A stretch of 32,000 bases of DNA from Pyrodictium abyssi (GCF_036323395.1 NZ_AP028907.1:270001-302000), one strand, 5' to 3'; numbered from the stretch's first letter, positions 1-11,726 are shown. The notes: generated by a model not told the origin, from the letters alone. Program-made: numbers and translations.

Positions 1-24
1 AGGCCCGCAAGAGGCACAGGGGCG

Positions 25-210
25 TTGAAGCCCCACCGCCCAGCAGCAGGGCTCGCAACCCTCCTCCTACTAGCCATCATAGCCAACAGCACCGTAGTGC
101 TCCACATTACACACATCTACAAGACCCAGTACACCCTATACCCTAGCAAATGGCGCATAGGACTACCAATAATCATCTTGCTAGCAGCCTCCAGCACCTA
201 TGCTACATGA
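25..210 (+). CDS. hypothetical small hydrophobic protein
   Basis: 61-aa ORF with a non-ATG start. It has two hydrophobic stretches (LATLLLLAIIANSTVVL, IGLPIIILLAASS). Its TGA stop overlaps the ATG at 207 (ATGA) of the next ORF. No family recognised. Confidence 0.25.
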   Translation: MKPHRPAAGLATLLLLAIIANSTVVLHITHIYKTQYTLYPSKWRIGLPIIILLAASSTYAT

Positions 211-425
211 TCCTCTCCTCTAGAAGACTCGACAAGGTTACCAAAGCTATATGCATACTCACTGTTGCGGCAAACTGGGGCTCACTCGCCACCCTAGCAC
301 TATACACACACGACGTACTCGTCTACACAGGCCTAGCAGCATCACTCATACTCGGCACAACCATACTATACACCCTACAGCGCATAGAGACACCCACGCA
401 CCAGAAGAGGCCTCTAGCCTCCTAG
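207..425 (+). CDS. hypothetical small membrane protein
   Basis: In-frame ATG at 207 inside track ORF 150..425. Hydrophobic segments AICILTVAANWGSLATLALY and VYTGLAASLILGTTILY. ATGA overlap with the upstream ORF suggests coupling. Confidence 0.3.
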   Translation: MILSSRRLDKVTKAICILTVAANWGSLATLALYTHDVLVYTGLAASLILGTTILYTLQRIETPTHQKRPLAS

Positions 426-862
426 CACACCTCCCGGCCAGTCCACACAGCCACATAGCCCCCAGAGAACCCGCCACGACGCCGCCTCTTCTCATCAGCA
501 GCCCGGACCAGGTCCCCCAGACCCAGCCCCCGAAGCCGGAGCCACTCACGCAGAGCCTCAAACAAGTCAGCAGCCTCCTCGATAGACCCCGACTCAGCCA
601 GCTCCATAGCTTCCTCCACGATCTTAGCCCTCAGAAGCGCCTCCAGCTCCGAGCCAGAAACCCTGTAGACGACAACACCCTCCTGGCCCTCGAGCTCCCT
701 CCCAATCCCGTCGCGCACAAGTTTCCAACACACCAACCCCAGGACCCCAGCACCAAGAATCCGGAAGGGAAGCCAATAAGCCAATAGAACACGCAGAACC
801 AGAAGCGCCGGCATACAAGCCAGAGGCACAAGCCCCCAGAAACAAGAGCACATCGAGGACAC
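422..862 (-). CDS. hypothetical protein, N-terminal membrane anchor plus acidic helical domain
   Basis: 146-aa ORF starting at GTG 862 or ATG 853. The N-terminus is hydrophobic (GLVPLACMPALLVLRVLLAYWLPFRILGAGVLGLVCW), followed by protein-like sequence (SELEALLRAKIVEEAMELAESGSIEEAADLFEALREW). The opposite-strand ORF 251..787 is low-complexity P/T/H and looks spurious. Confidence 0.4.
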   Translation of the reverse strand: MSSMCSCFWGLVPLACMPALLVLRVLLAYWLPFRILGAGVLGLVCWKLVRDGIGRELEGQEGVVVYRVSGSELEALLRAKIVEEAMELAESGSIEEAADLFEALREWLRLRGLGLGDLVRAADEKRRRRGGFSGGYVAVWTGREVC

Positions 863-1009
863 AACAATTCAAACAGGAGGTGGAACCGACAGAAGCCGGA
901 TACCAGTGGAACACATCACGCAGCGAAGAGCGGGGGCCCAGACCCCGCAGCTAGGACCCAGGGGCCCTAGGCCCCGGGCCCTGGACCCCTTGGCGGGCCA
1001 CGCAGCCCT

Positions 1010-4140
<3,131 letters not shown>

Positions 4141-4281
4141 TGAGACCCGCCCAGGGCGGGGTCCAGGGCCCGGTCTAGCCGGCCCCTGGGCCCTACCTCC
4201 GCCCACCGGGCCCGTTTGGGCCCCCAGGCCCGGGATAGCAGGGCAACCGGTAGTGGCCCGTTGCGGGCCCCTTGCAGCCAC
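4141..4281 (-). other. 16S-23S internal transcribed spacer, no tRNA
   Basis: Contains the 5' strand of the 23S processing helix (4158-4173, 4181-4190) and the 3' strand of the 16S processing helix (4199-4242). No cloverleaf or T-loop motif is present. Confidence 0.8.
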
Positions 4282-5778
<1,497 letters not shown>

Positions 5779-6005
5779 CACGGCCGCAAGGCGGGCCCGT
5801 GGCCGGGCCACCCCGGTGCCGGCCTGCTATCCCGGGTGCCCGGGGTCTGGCCCCGGGCCCGGTGGGCGGGCGGGGTCTGGGCCCCCGTCAGGCCCAAGCG
5901 TCCCAGGGGTACGGCCCCTGGGTTTGCTTGGGCCCCCATTATTCGCCGCGTGATCGTCCCGCGCGCCCCGCCGGGTTGTCTCCCCGGCGGGGCTCGCCGT
6001 GTTTG
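5779..6005 (-). other. rRNA operon 5' leader carrying the 5' strand of the 16S processing helix
   Basis: 5823-5836 (CCTGCTATCCCGGG) is the exact reverse complement of 4229-4242. 5863-5876 pairs with 4201-4215. Together they give a bulged helix of about 45 bp enclosing the 16S, as expected for a bulge-helix-bulge processing site. Confidence 0.7.
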
Positions 6006-6023
6006 GGGCTTACCGGGCTAGGA

Positions 6024-6040
6024 GAGAATATAAGTATTTC
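6024..6040 (-). promoter_or_regulatory. probable rRNA operon promoter (TATA box)
   Basis: The minus strand reads GAAATACTTATATTCTC. This is the only AT-rich box upstream of the leader. The predicted start near 6000-6005 gives a leader of about 225 nt. GGGTTTTACC (minus strand, about 6078-6087) just upstream could terminate incoming transcription. Confidence 0.5.
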
Positions 6041-6672
6041 GGGGACGTGTTGTGTTAACTCTTCAGAGCCGCTGTATCCCGGTAAAACCCGGTGTTACTG
6101 AGGCATTTTCAATACCGTGACTTGCTCGCCGGCCCGGATGGGTATATGCCTCATCATACCTGATTTAAGACTCTCGGCTAACGTGTTCTACAGCGTCTCC
6201 CTGGCATGAGAGCGCCACGGTAGCTGTGAAGTGGGGCTAGCATCTTCTATGCGGCACATTATACTGTGATGTGGTGGGCGCACCAGGGGATTGCCTTGGA
6301 GCGGGTATCGGGGCACAAAGCCTATTCCCCATTACAGATAATGCTGGTAGGGGCTGTGTGCCGCAGAGCCAGAGGGCAGGGCAGCCCCGCCGGAGGCCGG
6401 GGCCGCGGGGGAGGAGAGGAGCCGAGAGGAGGGGCGTGAGCATGCGCCCTGGGGAGGACTGGCCCGCTGGGCACCGGGGCCGGGACCGGCTGTGACAGGA
6501 GAAGGGGGTGTGGTGTGCCCCCGGCTGGAGGCTAGACCGCCCATCCCCCGCCGGGCTTTGCCCGGCGTCGCGGCTGCGCCGCCGCCGGGAAGCCGGGGGC
6601 CGTGTAGAGGGCGTACCCGGGGGCGCTGTGTATCTGGGTTTCCCTCCAGGGGTGGAGGAGTGTGCTGCCGGG

Positions 6673-7842
6673 CTAGGGGGCGGGGAGCCCGGCCTCCTCG
6701 GCTACTGTCTCCCTCAGCCTGCGTAGGCAGCCCTCGCGGAGCCTTGGCCCCGCTTCTCCCTCCTCTAGGCACTCTCTGGGCGTGTCGTCTGGGCCTAGCC
6801 TCTCCTCGAGAGCCTCGAGGACTCTAGGTGGTAGCCCTCTCCTGTAGACGTCCTCGCAACCGTAGAGCCCCTTGATCAGGCGGGCTGCTACCGCTTCTAC
6901 CGCTGCGCCGGCTGCTAGGGCCCGTACCGCCTCGGCTGGGAACACTAGGTGGTGTACCAGGACTCCTCCGATCTTCTTCTTTGAGAGCTGTGTGGCAGCG
7001 GTATACGCGTCTACCGCCGCGCGGAGGAGGCCTGCGAGCTTCGCAGCCGGGTCGCTGGCCCCACAGGCGCTGTAGGCTAGGGGCAGTAGCCAGCGGCGGC
7101 GGGCGAAGAGGAGGCTAATGAGCGTCAGTGTGTGCTCCCGCCCTGGCGCGGGGGCCCGGCCTCTAGGGGTCCGTGGCTCCAGGAGCCGCTTGGGCGGCTT
7201 ACTGGGGGCTAGCGACATGGTGTAGCGGGCTGCCTGTAGCCAGTCCATCGACGCGTACTCTACGAGCTCTACCGCGTCTCCGCGCCGGGCAGGGTGGGGC
7301 CGCTGCTCAGCAGTCACAGCCTCGAGCCTGGCTCCGAGGAGCGCCGCTGCAGCCGCAGCCGCCTCGAGGGATAGTGCCTGTAGCGCGCTGTGCCCCTCCT
7401 CGTCCAGGACCACGTAGACCGATTGTGGGGGCCTGCGGCTCTGCCGGGCCGTCTCTAGGACCGCGTACAGCATGAAGGCTAGGGCGTCGCCGGGCGCTGC
7501 GGTGAACCTCCAGCCGCCCATCACTCCTCTCCAGGGCACGACGTGGTAGCTTGTGCGGCGGCAGGCCGAGAGGGGGAGGCGTAGGCCGCAGTGCCTCTCC
7601 ATGTAGCCGCGTAGCTTCTCTACCACCTCGCTATAGGCCTCGGAGCGGGGGAAGGCGCCTACCTGTGGCCACACACTGTAGGTGTCTGGTACTAGTACTA
7701 GGCCGGTGTTATCGTAGATGTTTGGGTCCAGCAGAGGCGCTACCGGGTCCAGCGCCTCGGCCGCTGCAGCGCCGTAGATATATTCGAGCCTCTCGCTCCT
7801 CCGGAAGGGGCTACCCATAGCGTATACCGCTAGCCCGGGCAA
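6673..7842 (-). CDS. hypothetical protein (389 aa, Ala/Arg-rich, roughly two-thirds G+C)
   Basis: Long ORF with varied, protein-like sequence (LEYIYGAAAAEALDPVAPLLDPNIYDNTGLVLVPDTYSVWPQ, SYHVVPWRGVMGGWRFTAAPGDALAFMLYAVLETAR). No family motif that I can name with confidence. Confidence 0.6.
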   Translation of the reverse strand: MPGLAVYAMGSPFRRSERLEYIYGAAAAEALDPVAPLLDPNIYDNTGLVLVPDTYSVWPQVGAFPRSEAYSEVVEKLRGYMERHCGLRLPLSACRRTSYHVVPWRGVMGGWRFTAAPGDALAFMLYAVLETARQSRRPPQSVYVVLDEEGHSALQALSLEAAAAAAALLGARLEAVTAEQRPHPARRGDAVELVEYASMDWLQAARYTMSLAPSKPPKRLLEPRTPRGRAPAPGREHTLTLISLLFARRRWLLPLAYSACGASDPAAKLAGLLRAAVDAYTAATQLSKKKIGGVLVHHLVFPAEAVRALAAGAAVEAVAARLIKGLYGCEDVYRRGLPPRVLEALEERLGPDDTPRECLEEGEAGPRLREGCLRRLRETVAEEAGLPAP

Positions 7843-8122
7843 GGCTCCAGCCTACACCCATGAGAGCCCTGCCCCCACCGAGGAGGAAAAGAAGGATACC
7901 CGGGGACGGGGAGAGGGACGGGGCCGCGCACCGGCAGCACACTCCCGCGCCGCGCGGGCACGTGCAGCGCGTGTAGCGGGCAAGGCGGCTCGGTGCGCGG
8001 CCTCGCCCACACCGCCCGGGAGAAGCGCTGGGGCGAGGGGCTTCGGGTGTCCGGCAGAGCATCCTCACAGCCCTAGGGAGGGGCGCAGGCGAGGAGTAGA
8101 CGAGGAGCCGGTGGACGTGGGG

Positions 8123-8199
<77 letters not shown>

Positions 8200-8498
8200 C
8201 ACCCTCCATGAGTCTAGCTGGCAGACGCTATAACCGGTCTATAAGCGTTCCTCCCGGCAGCGCCTCCCGGGGAGTCCTTCAGGAGCGTCTGGCAGAGCCG
8301 GGGAGCCACGGGGCCCAGAAGCGGGGGCTCTGATGCGGGCCTTACCGCCATCCCCCGCGCCCTGGCGGGGTTAGCGAGAGCTAGCTGGGTCTTACAACCC
8401 GGGTTCCCTCTTCATGGCCCCCAGTTTGTACGCCGACAGCCCCGGGATACACTGCTATTTGCGGCGCGGCCGCCAGGCCCGGGGGAGGGGCACGGAGA

Positions 8499-8509
8499 CC
8501 TATATTAGG
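8499..8509. promoter_or_regulatory. near-palindromic TATA element, possibly bidirectional
   Basis: CCTATATTAGG sits in otherwise GC-rich DNA. It is about 135 nt upstream of tRNA-His on the plus strand and faces the GC-rich 8200-8475 region on the minus strand. Confidence 0.4.
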
Positions 8510-8642
8510 CCACTCCTAGGCGAGAGCACAGCGACACGGAAGGAGGGCCGCCTCCGGAGAGCCCGCCCGCCGGGGCGGGTGATGAGGCTCAGCGGCCTCG
8601 CGTCGTGAGCACCCATAGCAGAGGGCGCTGTGACGCGTGAGA

Positions 8643-8719
8643 GGCCGCCGTAGCTCAGCCGGTAGAGCGCGGGGCTGTGGACCCCGAGGTCCCGGGTTCA
8701 AATCCCGGCGGCGGCCCCA
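8643..8719 (+). tRNA. tRNA-His (anticodon GUG) with encoded G-1 and CCA
   Basis: Sequence: G-GCCGCCGTAGCTCAGCCGGTAGAGCGCGGGGCTGTGGACCCCGAGGTCCCGGGTTCAAATCCCGGCGGCGGC-C-CCA. The anticodon loop is CTGTGGA. An extra 5' G (G-1) lies opposite discriminator C73, which is the His identity feature. Confidence 0.95.
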
Positions 8720-8856
8720 CTCGAGCCACCCTCCCAGCAAACCTTCCCGACTCCTCTCCGCCCCTAGCCACTCGCCCTTACCCGGCTACTCCTCCCGCTA
8801 CGGCAGCTCATTCATCACGTAACACCCATGGACGGCGGCGAACCCCTGCTATCTCT

Positions 8857-8872
8857 AATTTAAATATTATAA
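8857..8872. promoter_or_regulatory. strong AT-rich TATA-like element
   Basis: AATTTAAATATTATAA is the most AT-rich 16-mer in the 6-9.5 kb region. It lies about 195 nt upstream of the RNase P RNA P1 stem. What it drives is unresolved. Confidence 0.4.
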
Positions 8873-9065
8873 CTAGTCATTTGATGCATCATACAAGGTG
8901 CTACAAGCACCGTTGCTGTAGGCACAGCATGGACCGCGAACCTAGTGCCCGTATCCGGCTGGGGCCAGCCCCCGGGATACAGGCTGGCTGCGCTGGAGGA
9001 GCAGGGGCGCGCCAGGCGGGTGTCCCAGTTTATCACTGGGTGCTGCATATGTGACAGCTACACAT

Positions 9066-9406
9066 GGCCCCCGGGCCCCGGCTGGCCGCCGACGGGCCCC
9101 TTAGGGGGCCCGAGGAAACTCCGCCCTCCCCGCGGCACCGGGGCCCCGCAAGGGGCGCGGGTGACACCCGCGGCAACGGCACAGAAACGGCACGCCCGCC
9201 CGCGGGAGGACGGTGATGCGGCGAGGGCCCGCCGGCGACGGCGGGCCAGTAACCCGCTGAGGACCCGGGCGGGTGCGTTGAAACGGCCGTCCCCTGGGGA
9301 GCAAGGCGGCGCGCCGATGAGGGCCGCGCGAGTGGCGCGCCGGGGACCGCTTAGTCGAATGCGGCCGTAGGTACAGAAGGCGGGTTATAGCCGGGGCCCG
9401 GGGGCC
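9066..9406 (+). ncRNA. rnpB: RNase P RNA (archaeal type A-like)
   Basis: P1: 9066-9083 (GGCCCCCGGGCCCCGGCT) is the perfect reverse complement of 9389-9406. P2: GGCCGC (9084) pairs with GCGGCC (9361). P3 hairpin: GGGCCCC-TTA-GGGGCCC. CR-I/P4 5' strand: GAGGAAACTCCGCC. CR-V/P4 3' strand: ACAGAAGGCGGGTTATAG. Length is 341 nt with very high G+C. Track ORFs 8945..9370(+) and 9101..9442(-) over it are low-complexity and spurious. Confidence 0.85.
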
Positions 9407-9492
9407 TACTGCCCTGCTTCTGGCCCGAGGAGGGGGACTCATCGCTACATATTAGGTGTATGCTAGCGGTTCTGGCCCCTGGGTGGCCCTGG

Positions 9493-9903
9493 ATGGGTAG
9501 GAGGAGGCGTAAGTATAGGAAGCCACAGCTGCTGAGGGCGCCTAGGGCGCTCCCCACCATATTCGACTGCCCCCACTGCGGCGCCCGCGCTGTTAGCGTG
9601 GAGATGCGGAAGAAGGAGAAGAACGAGCGTGGAGAGATCAAGGCTGTGGTTAAGTGCGGTAAGTGTGGCCTCTACGCCGAGATGTGGGTGCCCGAGATAT
9701 TCCAGCCTGTTGACGTGTACTCGAAGTTCCTGGACGCCTATCTAGAGGGTAGGCTCGAGTACACGTTCATCAAGGAGGGCGGGGAAGCTACCCTGTCGCT
9801 CGAGGAGCTGGCATCGGAGGGCGAGGAAGGAGAGGAGGCGGTTGAGGGTGGCGAAGCCTGGGAGAGTGGAAGCGGCGCTGAGGAGGAAGGTAGAGGCTGG
9901 TGA
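9493..9903 (+). CDS. elf1: transcription elongation factor 1 (Elf1) homolog, zinc ribbon with acidic C-terminal tail
   Basis: Starts at the internal ATG 9493 with MGRRRRKYRKP. A C4 zinc ribbon is present (FDCPHCG...VKCGKCG), followed by PVDVYSKFLDAY, which matches the eukaryotic Elf1 PIDIYSDWIDAC region. The tail is Glu/Gly-rich. A TATA-like ACATATTAGG lies at 9449-9458. Confidence 0.85.
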   Translation: MGRRRRKYRKPQLLRAPRALPTIFDCPHCGARAVSVEMRKKEKNERGEIKAVVKCGKCGLYAEMWVPEIFQPVDVYSKFLDAYLEGRLEYTFIKEGGEATLSLEELASEGEEGEEAVEGGEAWESGSGAEEEGRGW

Positions 9904-10591
9904 GAAGCTCTTCTTCCTCCTATCCGACCCCGAGAAGCCTCTAGACGTGGAAGTAGTAGCGCGGTTCGAGGAGAGCGGAGCGGACGCGCTACTGATAGGC
10001 GGTAGCCTCAACGTGACACCATACGACATAGACAGCTACATCTCGGCTCTCCGCGAGCACGGCGTGAAACTGCCCACCATACTGTTCCCGGGCGGGCTTA
10101 ACAACGTGGCCCGGAGCGCGGACGCTATACTCTTCATGTCGCTGCTCAATAGCCTCGACTCCTACTGGCTGATAGGCGCGCAGGTCTCAGCAGCGCTGCT
10201 GGTAAAGCGCCTAGGGCTAGAGGCCATACCCACTGCCTACATCATAGTGGGGCACGGAGGCGCTGCCGGGCATATCGGCCGTGCACAGCCTGTCCCGCTC
10301 GAGAATGTGTACATAGTAGCGGCCTACGCCGCTGCTGCCGAGCTGCTAGGCTTCCGCGCCATATACCTTGAGGCTGGCTCTGGGTCGCCCCACCCTATAC
10401 CGGTCGAGGCGGTAAGGCATGCTAGGGCTGTTACCGAGGACATACTGCTGATAGCGGGCGGCGGGATAAAGTCGCCAGAGTACGCAAGGAGCCTTGTAGA
10501 CAGCGGGGCTGATGCTATAGTCGTCGGCACCCTGGCCGAGACAAACCCCGAGAAAGCCCTGGGTATACTGGAGAGGGTGAAGAAGAGGTAG
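9842..10591 (+). CDS. geranylgeranylglyceryl phosphate (GGGP) synthase, PcrB family
   Basis: Motifs: FFLLSDPEKP, ADALLIGGS, IYLEAGSGSPHPIP, LIAGGGIKSPE, DAIVVGT. The start is ambiguous (TTG 9842, GTG 9848 or GTG 9866). All three options overlap the elf1 3' end. Confidence 0.9.
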   Translation: MRVAKPGRVEAALRRKVEAGEKLFFLLSDPEKPLDVEVVARFEESGADALLIGGSLNVTPYDIDSYISALREHGVKLPTILFPGGLNNVARSADAILFMSLLNSLDSYWLIGAQVSAALLVKRLGLEAIPTAYIIVGHGGAAGHIGRAQPVPLENVYIVAAYAAAAELLGFRAIYLEAGSGSPHPIPVEAVRHARAVTEDILLIAGGGIKSPEYARSLVDSGADAIVVGTLAETNPEKALGILERVKKR

Positions 10592-10620
10592 CCGGCTGGG
10601 AGCGCCCCGGGGGGGCTCTT

Positions 10621-10932
10621 CTAGCCGTCTTTCTGGATAGGCTGCTCCTGCCCAGACTCTCTACTAGTACAGCCCACTGCCTGGAGCTCGCCACCATACT
10701 TCTCTACGAGAGCCTTCTCGGCGTCTATACCCATCATCGCCGCTATGCTGAGCGTCCACGCAAGCACATCCGCTATCTCCTCTGCAACCTGCTTCCTGTC
10801 GCCCTTGAGGAGTGCTTCTCCCAGTTCCCCTACTTCTTCAACGAGCCAGGTAAAGGTGGCATAGACCCCTCTGCCAGCATCCCGGTAGCCAAAGGCTCTC
10901 TCCATAGCCTTCTGGATACACGAGATCTTCAA
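10621..10932 (-). CDS. MazG-like nucleotide pyrophosphohydrolase (small all-alpha type)
   Basis: 103 aa. LVEEVGELGEALLKGD...VAEEIADVLAWTLSIAAMMGIDAEKAL matches the EExxE/ExxD metal-binding helices of the MazG family. Confidence 0.75.
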   Translation of the reverse strand: MKISCIQKAMERAFGYRDAGRGVYATFTWLVEEVGELGEALLKGDRKQVAEEIADVLAWTLSIAAMMGIDAEKALVEKYGGELQAVGCTSRESGQEQPIQKDG

Positions 10933-11142
10933 GGCCTGGTACCACCCTCCCCATACACTAGCTATAGCGCATCATGCCTTCAAGACATGACTGCATCGCG
11001 TGAACCGGGCAGAGTTAGGTAGAATTAGAACCTATACGCGTCAACCTCGGCTATGCTGCCGCATCACGGGCAAACCGGTTGCAATTATGAATGGGAGAGG
11101 GGAGTATACTGAGGAGCCCCCTGGACAAGTGGAGCCCCGGGC

Positions 11143-11340
11143 TTATATTAGGCTGAAAAGCACAATCGCTGCAATGAACCCCATGGTGATCATCATTACG
11201 TGGATAGGCTTTATCCTGAATACTGCGTCTTCCTCGCTGAAGGCTAGTAGACCAGCAGCTGTGAACACTGTTGGTGCTGTATCTTTGCTCTTCTCCTCCT
11301 TCTTGCTATCCTTCTTCGTGCTCCGAGGCACGGAGCCCAC
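11143..11340 (-). CDS. secG: preprotein translocase subunit Sec61-beta (archaeal SecG)
   Basis: 65 aa with a basic N-terminus. TAAGLLAFSEEDAVFRIKPIHVMMITMGFIAAIVLFSLI matches the SAGL(I/M)RY..E....I...P..V pattern, followed by a single C-terminal TM helix. Confidence 0.8.
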   Translation of the reverse strand: MGSVPRSTKKDSKKEEKSKDTAPTVFTAAGLLAFSEEDAVFRIKPIHVMMITMGFIAAIVLFSLI

Positions 11341-11456
11341 ACACCCTGGTGCGTATCCGGGGCTGGGGAGTGTCTTACCTCTTTCCCTCTACGCGTGTGC
11401 CCCGGGGGCCCGGACACCGGGCCGCCCAGCACACACTCTGTCCCACTACCGACCCA

Positions 11457-11477
11457 CTCCACAGGAAAGCTAGGGGT
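11457..11477 (+). promoter_or_regulatory. ORB-like box a
   Basis: CTCCACAGGAAAGCTAGGGGT. Confidence 0.6.
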
Positions 11478-11534
11478 CGTATGACTAATCGGTAAAGCTA
11501 TTAGATAGATTTTTACACTATTACTCTGGGAGCC

Positions 11535-11555
11535 ACCCCTGCTGTTCTAGTGGAT
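11535..11555 (-). promoter_or_regulatory. ORB-like box c (inverted relative to box a)
   Basis: The minus strand reads ATCCACTAGAACAGCAGGGGT. With box a it brackets 57 bp of AT-rich DNA that includes GATAGATTTTTACAC. Confidence 0.55.
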
Positions 11556-11726
11556 AAGTGAGCTACCGGTATCGGGTTATTGCCGAGTACATAGCTAGCC
11601 TCATTAGTATTGAATGAAAGTTTAGGCAAACACATCTAGATGGAATAGAATAGAGATATAAGGTTTCCAGAATATCATGGATTGTATTGTCTGTTAAATG
11701 CAAGGCTATGTCTGTGGTTGTACGTG

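Noticed and set aside
903-925. An ORB-like core (ACCAGTGGAAC at 903-912) and a GUGAUGU box (minus strand, 913-919) in the rRNA trailer.
   Set aside because: It is a single half-site without a correctly spaced G-string and without an AT-rich neighbour. The C-box-like heptamer has no D box within 80 nt.
6151-6272. C-box heptamers AUGAUGA (minus strand, 6151-6157) and GUGAUGU (plus strand, 6266-6272) upstream of the rRNA promoter.
   Set aside because: Neither has a CUGA partner at sRNA spacing, and their guide regions have no rRNA complementarity longer than 7 nt.
6673-7842. A CARF / Csx1 / DxTHG-type CRISPR-associated protein.
   Set aside because: There is only a vague similarity in secondary-structure pattern. 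The sequence has DEEGHS rather than DxTHG, there is no HEPN R-x4-6-H, and no CRISPR array or cas genes are in the window.
8579-8642. A C/D box sRNA immediately upstream of tRNA-His (perfect GUGAUGA at 8579-8585).
   Set aside because: No CUGA lies 12 nt after any C'-like box, only GUGA variants at the wrong spacing. The guide-region matches to rRNA are 8 nt or less.
8414-9442. Track ORFs 8414..8608, 8516..8740, 8637..8822, 8677..9054, 8860..9048, 8945..9370 and 9101..9442.
   Set aside because: They overlap tRNA-His or RNase P RNA, or lie antisense to them. Their composition is not protein-like.
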